From Gammaproteobacteria bacterium (GTDB lineage Bacteria > Pseudomonadota > Gammaproteobacteria > SZUA-152), in assembly GCA_011371455.1 (NCBI GenBank), contig DRQN01000164.1, positions 1 through 41,196 on the forward strand: a DNA stretch of 41,196 bases, in the 5' to 3' direction. Positions 17,874 to 26,198 of the stretch are shown here, piece after piece; position 1 is the first letter of the stretch, and the number at the start of each line of letters is the position of its first letter. The translations under genes were made by a program, and so were the position numbers. Below the pieces are notes generated by a model, which had not been told where the DNA came from, did not search any database, and saw nothing but the letters and a program-made list of their open reading frames with translations.

Positions 17874-18740
17874 TCAATAGACTTTGCGGTAAATGGTTTT
17901 GCCTATCAGCTCGAAACGGTCACTGACCTTGAACAGGGATTCCGAGTGGCCGATGAAAAGATGCCCGCCCACCGGCAGCAGTTCGGCATAACGGTCGAAC
18001 AACACCTTCTGCGTCGGCTTGTCGAAATAGATCACCACGTTGCGGCAAAAGATAAAATCCAGCGGCCCGCTGATAGGCCATTCCTGCATCAGGTTCAGCT
18101 GGCGAAAAACGATCGGTTCACGCAGCGACGGTCGCACCTGCACCATGCCTTCGTTATCGCCCTTGCCGCGCAGGAACCAGCGCCGCAGACGCTCGGGAGA
18201 GATGCCATTGACCCGCTCCTGGGCATAGACGCCGCGCTGCGCCTTGGCCACCACGTCGGAATCCAGGTCGGTGGCGAGGAGGCGCGTGTCCCAGCCCTGC
18301 TCCGGCAGGGTCTCGCGCAGCACCATGGCGATGGAATAGGGCTCCTCACCGGTGGAACAACCCGCCGACCAGCAGCGCAGACGACGATCCGCCTTGCGCT
18401 GCATCAGTTCCGGCAACAGCGTGTCGCGCAGATATTCGAAGTGATGGTTCTCACGGAAGAACGAGGTCAGATTGGTGGTAATGGCATTGATGAAATTGAC
18501 CAGCTCGCCATCGTCCCCCGCCTTCAGCAACGCGCAGTAGTCGGCAAAGTGCTCCAGTCCCAACTGGCGCAGGCGCCGGCTGAGGCGGCTGTAAACCAGG
18601 TTGCGCTTGGCGTCGTTGAGCACGATACCGGTCTTTTCCGCCACCAGCCGGCGAATGAATTCAAAATCGGCATCGGTGAAGATGAACTCGCGCTCACCGC
18701 TCGAAACCCTTTCCTTGCGTGCCGCACTGGCCTGGGACAT
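17874..18740 (-). CDS. cheR: Chemotaxis methyltransferase CheR
   Basis: N-terminal helical domain plus SAM-binding domain (CWSAGCSTGEEPYSIAM, FCRNVVIYFD). I prefer the internal ATG at 18740 (MSQASAARKE), which has a GAGGAA RBS. The ORF-track start at 18785 would overlap the MCP gene by 16 nt. Confidence 0.9.
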   Translation of the reverse strand: MSQASAARKERVSSGEREFIFTDADFEFIRRLVAEKTGIVLNDAKRNLVYSRLSRRLRQLGLEHFADYCALLKAGDDGELVNFINAITTNLTSFFRENHHFEYLRDTLLPELMQRKADRRLRCWSAGCSTGEEPYSIAMVLRETLPEQGWDTRLLATDLDSDVVAKAQRGVYAQERVNGISPERLRRWFLRGKGDNEGMVQVRPSLREPIVFRQLNLMQEWPISGPLDFIFCRNVVIYFDKPTQKVLFDRYAELLPVGGHLFIGHSESLFKVSDRFELIGKTIYRKVY

Positions 18741-18769
18741 GGTCACTCGTTCCTCGTTCGTGGCGTGGC

Positions 18770-21298
18770 TCAGAATTCTTCCCACTCACCGTCGTCATCC
18801 ACCGCTGGACGTGGAGCCGGACGGGAAACCGCCGCGGGCCTCGCCGCTGGCCGGGGAGCGGGCGCGGGAGGGCTCTCCGCCTGCGGCTGCGGGGCCGGTG
18901 TGCGCGGCGCCGGCTGATGGCTCTCGTCGAGGCGGAAGAAGGCCATGCGCTGACTCATGTCGCGCGCCTGGTCGTCGAGGGACTCGGCGGCGGCCGCGGC
19001 CTCTTCCACCAGCGCCGCATTCTGCTGGGTCACCTCATCGAGCTGGGTGATGGCCTTGTTGATCTGCTCGATACCGATGGACTGCTCCTGGCTGGCGGCG
19101 GCGATCTCGGCGACGATGTCGCTGACCTTTTTCACCGAACCAACAATTTCCGTTAGCGTCTCGCCGGAGCGGTCCACCAGCTTGCTGCCCTCACCGACCT
19201 TTTCCACGCTGTCACTGATCAGCGACTTGATTTCCTTCGCCGCCGAGGCGCTGCGCTGGGCCAGGTTACGCACTTCGGAGGCCACCACCGCGAAGCCCCG
19301 GCCCTGCTCACCGGCGCGCGCCGCCTCCACCGCCGCATTCAGCGCCAGCAGGTTGGTCTGAAAGGCGATCTCGTCGATGACGCCGATGATGTCGGCAATC
19401 TTCTTGCTCGAACTGTTGATCTCGGCCATGGCATCCACTGCCTGTTGCACCACGCTGCCGCCCTGCTCCGCCTGGTCGCGAGCGCCATTGGCCAGTTGAT
19501 TGGCCTGACGCGCGTTGTCGGCGTTCTGCTTCACCGTCGAGGTCAGCTGCTCCATGCTGGAGGCGGTCTCCTCCAGCGAGGAAGCCTGTTCCTCGGTGCG
19601 CTGACTGAGGTCGGTATTGCCCTGGGATATCTCGCTGGCCGCCGACGTAATGCTCTCGGTGGCGACACGAATGCCGCCCACGGTCTCTTGCAGATTCTTG
19701 ACCGAGGTATTGACCGCATCACTCAACACCGCGAACTCACCCTGATAGTCACTACGGGCCAGTTGCGTCAGATCGCCCTCGGCGAGGCGGGTCATGACGC
19801 TGGAGATATCAGTGATCGGTTCGACGATGGCGTCCAACATGCTGTTTATGCCTTCGCCGAGGGTGCGGATGAAGCCTTGATAGCTCTCCACGTCCAGCCG
19901 CTGACCCAGATCGCCACGGGCGGCGGCGGCAATCATCTCCGCCAGCGCCCGTTCGGCCGCCTTCTGCTCGGTGATGTCGCGCCACTCCACCATATTGCCC
20001 ATGTACTTGCCCTGACCGTCGAGCACCGCCGTGGCATTGACCTCGAATTCCAGGTCCGCCACCTTGATCTCGGCCCTGGCCGGCAGGCGCGAGGGGTCAC
20101 CCAGCAGGGCTCGCTGATGAGCGGGGTTCTTGTGGAACATGTCGATATTCTTGCCCACCAGATTGTGCGCATCGAAACCGGGGAAGCGTTCGCGCAGCAC
20201 CTCCTGACGCGCCGCCATCATCTTTACCACCGCCGGATTGACGTAGGTGATATTGAGATCTTCGTCACACAGCATGAGATTGGACTGGGCGCCATCGATG
20301 GCCGACTGCAGGCGCTCCACCTCACGCGCCGCTTTGCGTTCCTCGGTAACGTCTTTCCACTGCACGGCATAGCCCAGGTGGCGGCCGCTGGCGTCGGTGA
20401 GGGGGCGGGTCTGGTGTTCGAAGATGAACCGACCGGGGGTGATCTCGCCGTGGCGCACGTCGTCCGGACCCATGGCGTGGAGGATGCGTTTAATCGCCTC
20501 GGGGTCCTTGTGATAACGATGGATGCTGCCACCCACCACCGAGTCGACGCTGAAGCCGGGCAGATACTGGGCCAGCTCATCTTCCACCGAGGTCAGGGTA
20601 TCGCGCGCCTGTTTGTTGATAAAAACAATATTCTCGTCAGCGTCGGCGATCATGATATTGATGGGCGAATGTTCGAGGATCGAATACATCGCTTCCAGGC
20701 TGTTGAGGGCCTCGCTCGTGCCCATCACCGATTCCATTGCTTTCTTGCTTGCTGCCATCGTCTTCTCCTCCAGGACTTCGTCCGCCGACAGCATGGTGGC
20801 CGCCACGGTATTCAATGCATCACGCCAGGCACCCGCAACCTCATCGGTCCACAGATCACCGGCAAACTCCGCCATCACGTCGAGCAGCGTCTCCGCCACC
20901 GCCGTGTAGTGTTCTCTTTTCGCCCCATAGGCATGGTGTTTTTCACCCAGGCCCAGCAGGGCCTTGCGCAGCTGCGCCGGCTTGCGCAGGCTGTTGACCA
21001 CCAGCTGCAGGGCCGCCAGCAGCTTTTTCTGCTGCTGCGCCGGATCGGCATTGGCGAACAAGGGCCGCACCTCGGGGAAACGTACGAACAATTCTTCGTA
21101 AAAGCGCGCCACCAGGGCCTCGCCCTGCGGCGCCAGGGCGGCAAAGGTCTCTTCCAGCAGGGCAACCGCAAGGCCGTCGCTCTTACGCCGCCGGCGACGA
21201 GGTGCAGACTTCTTCTCCACCAGCGGCTCGACCGGCGCCTCCTCCTTCATCCAGGCCAGCGGGTCAGCCCCTATGGGTGATTTCTTGCGTGTTGCCAT
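18770..21298 (-). CDS. Soluble methyl-accepting chemotaxis protein: basic N-terminal peptide, globin, PAS, PAS, HAMP, MA domain, Pro-rich tether and C-terminal EWEEF pentapeptide (Aer2/McpB-like position)
   Basis: 842 aa with no hydrophobic TM-length segment. The globin region [16 protein letters not shown]...[10 protein letters not shown] resembles Vitreoscilla Hb (FYKNLFAKHPEVRPLF...). Two PAS-like modules carry SIHRYHKDP and [13 protein letters not shown]. The MA signalling core is [35 protein letters not shown]. The C-terminus reads ...[12 protein letters not shown]. Confidence 0.92.
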   Translation of the reverse strand: MATRKKSPIGADPLAWMKEEAPVEPLVEKKSAPRRRRRKSDGLAVALLEETFAALAPQGEALVARFYEELFVRFPEVRPLFANADPAQQQKKLLAALQLVVNSLRKPAQLRKALLGLGEKHHAYGAKREHYTAVAETLLDVMAEFAGDLWTDEVAGAWRDALNTVAATMLSADEVLEEKTMAASKKAMESVMGTSEALNSLEAMYSILEHSPINIMIADADENIVFINKQARDTLTSVEDELAQYLPGFSVDSVVGGSIHRYHKDPEAIKRILHAMGPDDVRHGEITPGRFIFEHQTRPLTDASGRHLGYAVQWKDVTEERKAAREVERLQSAIDGAQSNLMLCDEDLNITYVNPAVVKMMAARQEVLRERFPGFDAHNLVGKNIDMFHKNPAHQRALLGDPSRLPARAEIKVADLEFEVNATAVLDGQGKYMGNMVEWRDITEQKAAERALAEMIAAAARGDLGQRLDVESYQGFIRTLGEGINSMLDAIVEPITDISSVMTRLAEGDLTQLARSDYQGEFAVLSDAVNTSVKNLQETVGGIRVATESITSAASEISQGNTDLSQRTEEQASSLEETASSMEQLTSTVKQNADNARQANQLANGARDQAEQGGSVVQQAVDAMAEINSSSKKIADIIGVIDEIAFQTNLLALNAAVEAARAGEQGRGFAVVASEVRNLAQRSASAAKEIKSLISDSVEKVGEGSKLVDRSGETLTEIVGSVKKVSDIVAEIAAASQEQSIGIEQINKAITQLDEVTQQNAALVEEAAAAAESLDDQARDMSQRMAFFRLDESHQPAPRTPAPQPQAESPPAPAPRPAARPAAVSRPAPRPAVDDDGEWEEF

Positions 21299-21341
21299 TG
21301 ATCATCTACTCCAGGTTATATTCACCGTGCACGGCCTACTC

Positions 21342-21479
21342 TTTGCCACTGAGACACAGAGGACACAGAGCAGAAAATCCCATGAGAAGATACGGGACAC
21401 TTGTGTCATCGGATGCGAGAAAAACATCGGCACTTTATCCATAAGTTTTTCTCCGTGTCCTCTGTGTCTCTGTGGCAAA
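21342..21479. repeat. 138-bp inverted-repeat (MITE/REP-like) element, family 'TTTGCCACAGAG', copy 1
   Basis: The 29-nt arms TTTGCCACTGAGACACAGAGGACACAGAG (21342-21370) and CTCCGTGTCCTCTGTGTCTCTGTGGCAAA (21451-21479) are complementary at 27/29 positions. The element fills the parA-like/MCP intergenic gap. Confidence 0.7.
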
Positions 21480-21549
21480 CACAACAACTAGCCATTCCAG
21501 CAAGAACTGGCAAAGATGCTGATGATCAGCTGCAGGGTCGCTTCGGATA

Positions 21550-22329
21550 TCAGTGCCATTGCGCGGCCACCATTTCCTCGGCCAGGCGGCGATAGTCTTC
21601 GGCGCCGTGGCTATCGTCCTGGTATTCAAAAATGGTTTCTCCAAAACTGGGGCATTCGGCCAGCGCCACGTTTTCACGGATCGCGGTGTCCAGCAGGCGT
21701 CCCTGGAAATACTCTGCGAGACGCTCGCGCACCTCGCGGGCCAGGCGGCGCTGGGCGTGAAAACGGGTCATCACCACCCGCCGCGGCAAGGGCCGGCGCA
21801 GGGTTTCTTCGACGAAACTCAGGGTCTCCATGAAACGCGACAGGCTGTGCAGGGCCAGGTAGTCGCTGGACACGGGGATCAACAATTCGCTGGCGGCGAA
21901 AAGGGCATTCATACCCAGCAGGCCGGCCGAGGGCGGGCAGTCGATGATCACCGCATCGTAGTGTTCGCCGCAGGCATCGAGGGCGGTGCGCAGGCGCATG
22001 CCGCGCGCCTTGCCGCCTTCGCTGAGGTGTTCGACATTGGCCAGGCCGCGACCGGCGGGCACCAGGTCGAGACCGTCACGGGCACGCAGCCGGTAATCGG
22101 CCAGCGGCGCGCCCTCGAGCAGCACCACGTCCATGCCCGGGCTGGCCGCATCGGCGCCCAGGGCGGTGGTGAGATGGGCCTGGGGATCGAGATCCAGTGC
22201 CAGCACCCGCTGCCGGCCCAGCGCCAGAGCGTGGGCAAGGTTGACGGCGGTGGTGGTCTTGCCCACCCCGCCCTTCTGGTTCATGACCGCGATCACCCGG
22301 CTGACCACATCATTCGTGCCCGACGGCAT
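21550..22329 (-). CDS. ParA/Soj-family ATPase embedded in the che operon (PpfA/ParC-like candidate)
   Basis: 259 aa with a deviant Walker A (MNQKGGVGKTTTAVNLA) and the motifs LDLDPQ and IIDCPPS. Its start overlaps the cheW stop by 20 nt. Confidence 0.85.
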   Translation of the reverse strand: MPSGTNDVVSRVIAVMNQKGGVGKTTTAVNLAHALALGRQRVLALDLDPQAHLTTALGADAASPGMDVVLLEGAPLADYRLRARDGLDLVPAGRGLANVEHLSEGGKARGMRLRTALDACGEHYDAVIIDCPPSAGLLGMNALFAASELLIPVSSDYLALHSLSRFMETLSFVEETLRRPLPRRVVMTRFHAQRRLAREVRERLAEYFQGRLLDTAIRENVALAECPSFGETIFEYQDDSHGAEDYRRLAEEMVAAQWH

Positions 22330-22837
22330 GGTCCATCACCGCCAGCTCGCCGCTGTTGAGCAGGTGATCGATGTCGAGAATGATCACCATGGTTTCATTC
22401 ACCGTGGCCAGGCCCTCGACGAAGTCCACATTGACCACACTGCCGAAATCCGGCGCCGGCTTGAGCGATTCATCCTGCACGTTGTAGACATCGGACACCG
22501 CATCCACCACGATGCCCATCACCCGGCTCTTGTCCTCACGCATCACCTTGAGCACGATCACCACGGTCATGGGTCCGTACTCCACCGGCTCCAGGCCGAA
22601 ACGGCGGCGCAGGTCGATGATCGGCACGATGGTGCCGCGCAGGTTGATCACGCCGCGGATGTAATCCGGGGTATTGGGAATCGGCGTGACCGCATTCCAG
22701 CCCTTGATCTCCTGCACCCGCAGGATGTCCACGCCGTATTCTTCGCCGGCGAGAAGAAAGGTAAGAAACTGGCTGCCATCGACTTCACCGGTGCCGGCCA
22801 GCCCGCTGGCGATCTGTTCTGCTACGTCCATCTGCAA
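22310..22837 (-). CDS. cheW: Chemotaxis coupling protein CheW
   Basis: 175-aa CheW domain (FLTFLLAGEEYGVDILRVQEI...GVINLRGTIVPIIDLR). Confidence 0.93.
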   Translation of the reverse strand: MQMDVAEQIASGLAGTGEVDGSQFLTFLLAGEEYGVDILRVQEIKGWNAVTPIPNTPDYIRGVINLRGTIVPIIDLRRRFGLEPVEYGPMTVVIVLKVMREDKSRVMGIVVDAVSDVYNVQDESLKPAPDFGSVVNVDFVEGLATVNETMVIILDIDHLLNSGELAVMDHAVGHE

Positions 22838-22870
22838 CTCCCGAAAATACCTGTATTAAGCCGCACTGTT

Positions 22871-23155
22871 TATTAACCCGGCGACAATATAGATTATGTT
22901 CAGCCGTCGTGTGCCGCTGCGCAGCAAGGCATCAAAGCGCAGCTGTAGTGGGCCTACCGCAAGCTTTGATAACGCAGTCTGCGCAGCGGCACACGACGGC
23001 CTTTCATCATGAAAACAATCGGTTAGGGACTTCAAGCGTCCCCCAGCTCTGCGTTGTCACTCTTGCCAATGGAACCACCATTGCCGGCGAGTGACGCCTT
23101 GATCTGGAGAACGCTTGAAGTCCTGAACATGATCTATATTGTCGCCGGGTTAATA
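22871..23155. mobile_element. 285-bp non-coding MITE-like insertion at the cheA/cheW junction
   Basis: The 33-bp terminal inverted repeats (22871-22903 and 23123-23155) have one mismatch. Flanking direct repeats are TTAAGCCGCACTGTT (22856-22870) and TTAAGCCGCAGCGCTGTT (23156-23173), i.e. the last codons and stop of cheA are duplicated. Inside are two long hairpins: 22903-23000 with a perfect 22-bp stem, and 23027-23123 with a 13-bp outer stem plus inner stems. Confidence 0.7.
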
Positions 23156-25246
23156 TTAAGCCGCAGCGCTGTTCGCGCGCTTGTGACCGCCGTTCTGCGA
23201 CAGTTCGATGATGCCGCCGATATCGACGATCAGCGCCACCGTGCCATCGCCGAGGATGGTGGCGCCGGAGATGCCGCCCACCTTCTTGAAATTGGTTTCC
23301 AGACTCTTGATCACGACTTGCTGTTGGGCCAGCAGGTCGTCCACCAGCAAGCCGGCCTGTTGGCCGTGCCCTTCCACCACCACCAGCAGACCGTCTTCCA
23401 GGTTGGTGCTGTCCGGCTTGAGGCCGAAGGCGTCGTAGAGACGGATGATGGGCAGGTAGTCGTCGCGCAGTTTGTACAGTTCGGCGCTGCCGGCGATGGC
23501 ATTGACCCGCACCGGTTCCACCTGCAGGGATTCGATGATGGAGACCAGCGGGATGATGAAGGTCTGCTCGCCCACGCGCACCAGCTGGCCGTCGAGTATG
23601 GCCAGGGTCAGGGGCAGGCGAATGGTGAACGTGGAGCCATTGCCCGGACGCGACTCCACGTCGATGGCGCCGCCCAGGGCGGTGATGTTGCGCTTCACCA
23701 CGTCCATGCCAACGCCACGCCCGGACACGTCGCTGACCACCTCGGCGGTGGAAAAGCCGGGCTGGAACAGAAAGTCGAACACCTCGGCGTCGCTGAGATT
23801 GTCACCGCCGCTGGTGAGGCCACGCTCGATGGCCTTGGCGAGGATACGCTCGCGGTTCAGGCCCGCACCGTCGTCGCTGATCTCGATAAGGATGTTGCCG
23901 CCCTGGTGATAGGCATTGAGGTGCACCGTGCCGGTCTCCGGCTTGCCGGCCTGGAGGCGCGCCTCGGGGGTCTCGATGCCATGATCGACGGCGTTGCGCA
24001 CCAGGTGCACCAGCGGGTCGCCGATCTTTTCCATCACCGTCTTGTCCAGCTCGGTCTGCTCGCCGGACATCTTCAATTCGATCTTCTTGCCCAGCTTGCC
24101 GCACAGGTCGTGCACCATGCGCGGGAAGCGATTGAAGGCGAAGCTGATGGGCAGCATGCGGATGCTCATGACGTTTTCCTGCAGCTCACGCGTATTGCGC
24201 TCCAGCTCCGCCAGGCCGTCCTTGAGGCGCTCCACCTTGTCCATGCTGAAATCCTCACCCAGCTGACCTAACATGGATTGGGTGATCACCAGTTCGCCTA
24301 CCAGATTGATCAGGGCGTCCACCTTGTCGATGCCGACACGAATGGAGGAATTCTCGGAGGAAGCGCGGTTCTTGCGCCGCTCGCCCTGGCGGCGATCGCC
24401 CCTGCTGCGGCGTTCCCCGGCCTCGGGCGCGGCCTGCAGCGGCGCAGGGCTGGCGGCTTGCGCCGGGCCATCCGCTGCGGCTTCCGGCGCAGGCGTTTCC
24501 GATGCCGGGATTTCCGCCGCCACCGCGCCATCTCCACCGAGGGGCACGATACTCAGTTCACAATCGCCATCCACCCACTCGAACACTTCGTCGATCTGCT
24601 CGCGGTCGATCTCACCATGCAGGGCAAGCGTCCAGCTCAGGCAGGCCTCCTCGGGTTCCATGTCCACCAGCGCGGGCAGGCCTTCCAGATCCACCTCCAC
24701 CTTCATCTCGCCCATCTCGTCCAGTTCGCGGAACAGGCGCACCACGTCATTGCCGGAGCGCAGCATGTCGGGAAAGGGCTTGAAAACGATCTGCCAGCCG
24801 CTGGCCGCCGTGGCATCGTCCTGCGCCTCCGGCCCGGCCTCGGCCGCTGCCTGCGCCACCGAGCCCAGCATGCGGTCCAGCCCGGCCTTGACCTCGGCGA
24901 CCTGATCGAGATTGATCTCGAAACCTTCCTGGGCGCCGGCCAGCATGTCGCGGATGCAGTCCACGGACTTCAGAAACAGGTCGATGGCCTCCTGGGTGAC
25001 CTCGCGCTCGCCGGCGCGGATCTGGTCCAACAGGGTTTCGACGACGTGGGTAAAATTGCTGATGTCACTGAAGCCAAAGGTAGCGCTGCCGCCCTTGATG
25101 GAATGCGCGGCGCGAAAGATGTTGTCCACTTCCTCGGCGTCGGCCGCACCGGGCTGCATTTCCAGCAGCACCGACTCCATAATGTCCAGTCCCTCAAGGC
25201 TTTCCTCGATGAAGGTGGCCTTGAACTGTTCCATATCGATGGACAT
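23156..25246 (-). CDS. cheA: Chemotaxis histidine kinase CheA (second, Che2-type copy)
   Basis: 696 aa. It has an HPt domain (FRAAHSIKGGSATFGF), a long Ala/Pro/Arg-rich linker with no obvious P2 domain, a P3/HATPase region (HLVRNAVDHGIE, DDGAGL, GRGVGMDVV) and a CheW-like P5 domain. Confidence 0.93.
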   Translation of the reverse strand: MSIDMEQFKATFIEESLEGLDIMESVLLEMQPGAADAEEVDNIFRAAHSIKGGSATFGFSDISNFTHVVETLLDQIRAGEREVTQEAIDLFLKSVDCIRDMLAGAQEGFEINLDQVAEVKAGLDRMLGSVAQAAAEAGPEAQDDATAASGWQIVFKPFPDMLRSGNDVVRLFRELDEMGEMKVEVDLEGLPALVDMEPEEACLSWTLALHGEIDREQIDEVFEWVDGDCELSIVPLGGDGAVAAEIPASETPAPEAAADGPAQAASPAPLQAAPEAGERRSRGDRRQGERRKNRASSENSSIRVGIDKVDALINLVGELVITQSMLGQLGEDFSMDKVERLKDGLAELERNTRELQENVMSIRMLPISFAFNRFPRMVHDLCGKLGKKIELKMSGEQTELDKTVMEKIGDPLVHLVRNAVDHGIETPEARLQAGKPETGTVHLNAYHQGGNILIEISDDGAGLNRERILAKAIERGLTSGGDNLSDAEVFDFLFQPGFSTAEVVSDVSGRGVGMDVVKRNITALGGAIDVESRPGNGSTFTIRLPLTLAILDGQLVRVGEQTFIIPLVSIIESLQVEPVRVNAIAGSAELYKLRDDYLPIIRLYDAFGLKPDSTNLEDGLLVVVEGHGQQAGLLVDDLLAQQQVVIKSLETNFKKVGGISGATILGDGTVALIVDIGGIIELSQNGGHKRANSAAA

Positions 25247-25311
25247 GCGCTAGTTTCCGTATTTCGTGGCAGGGTTCATCTTTCTTACCGGATCATTCAT
25301 TGCATGGCCGG

Positions 25312-25755
25312 CTAGCCGAAAAAACTGCCCAGCGCCTTTTTCAACCAGCCTTTCTTTCTACCAAGAACCTCGTTGGCGTATGGCACATAGTGGCGATCTT
25401 CATTCTTGATGTGGTTGGTCAGCCAGATCTGTAATTCGGACATGAGCTTGCGGGTGACATCCTGCCCCCTTTCATGCTCTTTCTTATAGTTCTGGATATG
25501 CGCGATAAAAGACTCGTGCACTTTTTTGTGCGAGTCGGAAAGCGGGTAGCCCGCCTGAGCCATCAGATCTTCTTCAAAGGCAAAATGGGTCACGGTGTAA
25601 TCAACCAGCCCCATCAAAATCTGCGTCACCTTGTCGTGATCATGATTGCTGTGAGCATCGTGCAATTCATTGATGTAATCCACGATGCGCCGGTGCTGCC
25701 CATCGATCACGTCGATACCGATCGACAGCGAGGAATCCCAGACCCAATAACTCAT
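25312..25755 (-). CDS. Bacteriohemerythrin (single-domain, O2-binding di-iron protein)
   Basis: 147 aa. It starts WDSSLSIGIDVIDGQHRRIV and shows the His/Glu/Asp ligand pattern (H..., HFAFEE, HKKVHESF, NHIKNEDRHY). GC content is visibly lower: about 47-48% in two 60-nt lines I counted, against about 62% in a cheA line. Confidence 0.85.
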   Translation of the reverse strand: MSYWVWDSSLSIGIDVIDGQHRRIVDYINELHDAHSNHDHDKVTQILMGLVDYTVTHFAFEEDLMAQAGYPLSDSHKKVHESFIAHIQNYKKEHERGQDVTRKLMSELQIWLTNHIKNEDRHYVPYANEVLGRKKGWLKKALGSFFG

Positions 25756-25818
25756 CTCTGTTCTCCATTTCCTGTTTCAGCCAACAGGCCCGGTGATTAG
25801 CCATGGCCTGGCTCGCAA

Positions 25819-26181
25819 CTACCCCACGACTTTCTTGATGGTCGCCAGCAATTGTTCCGGATTGAAGGGTTTTACGATCCATCCGGTTGCGCCGGCGGCC
25901 TTGCCTTCCTGTTTTTTGCCCATGCCACCCTCGGTGGTCAACATCAGGATCGGGGTGAACTTGAAGGCCGGCAGGGCGCGCAGTTCGCGCGCCAGGGTGA
26001 TGCCGTCCATGCGCGGCATGTTGACGTCCGAAAGCACCAGGTCGAAGCGCTGCCGCTTGGCCAGATCCAGGGCCGCCTGGCCGTCCGCCGCCTCCGTGAC
26101 CTGATGTCCGGCGCCCCTGAGGGTAAACACCACCATCTGCCGCATCGAGGCGGAATCATCCACCGCTAGAATATTCGCCAT
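25819..26181 (-). CDS. cheY: CheY-like response regulator (second che cluster)
   Basis: 120 aa counted from the internal ATG (MANILAVDDSASMRQ), which has an AGGAGA RBS 7 nt upstream. Receiver motifs are DLVLSDVNMPRMDG and WIVKPF. The longer ORF-track start at 26286 overlaps the upstream gene and has no support. Confidence 0.9.
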   Translation of the reverse strand: MANILAVDDSASMRQMVVFTLRGAGHQVTEAADGQAALDLAKRQRFDLVLSDVNMPRMDGITLARELRALPAFKFTPILMLTTEGGMGKKQEGKAAGATGWIVKPFNPEQLLATIKKVVG

Positions 26182-26198
26182 TTTTTCGTCTCCTGCGC

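Noticed and set aside
21425-21437. TAAAG-t-GCCGATG on the minus strand upstream of the MCP gene, which resembles sigma-28 boxes.
   Set aside because: The two boxes are separated by 1 nt instead of ~15. The sequence lies inside the inverted-repeat element.
21273-21677. Small ORFs (60-80 aa) across the parA-like/MCP intergenic region, with Cys/Ser/Val-rich translations such as LCVLCVSVAK and SPCPLCLCGK.
   Set aside because: They are translations of the inverted-repeat element arms. Both strands give similar artefactual peptides.
22909-23094. A 61-aa ORF inside the MITE.
   Set aside because: It lies entirely within the two long hairpins and has no RBS. Its composition is dictated by the palindromes.
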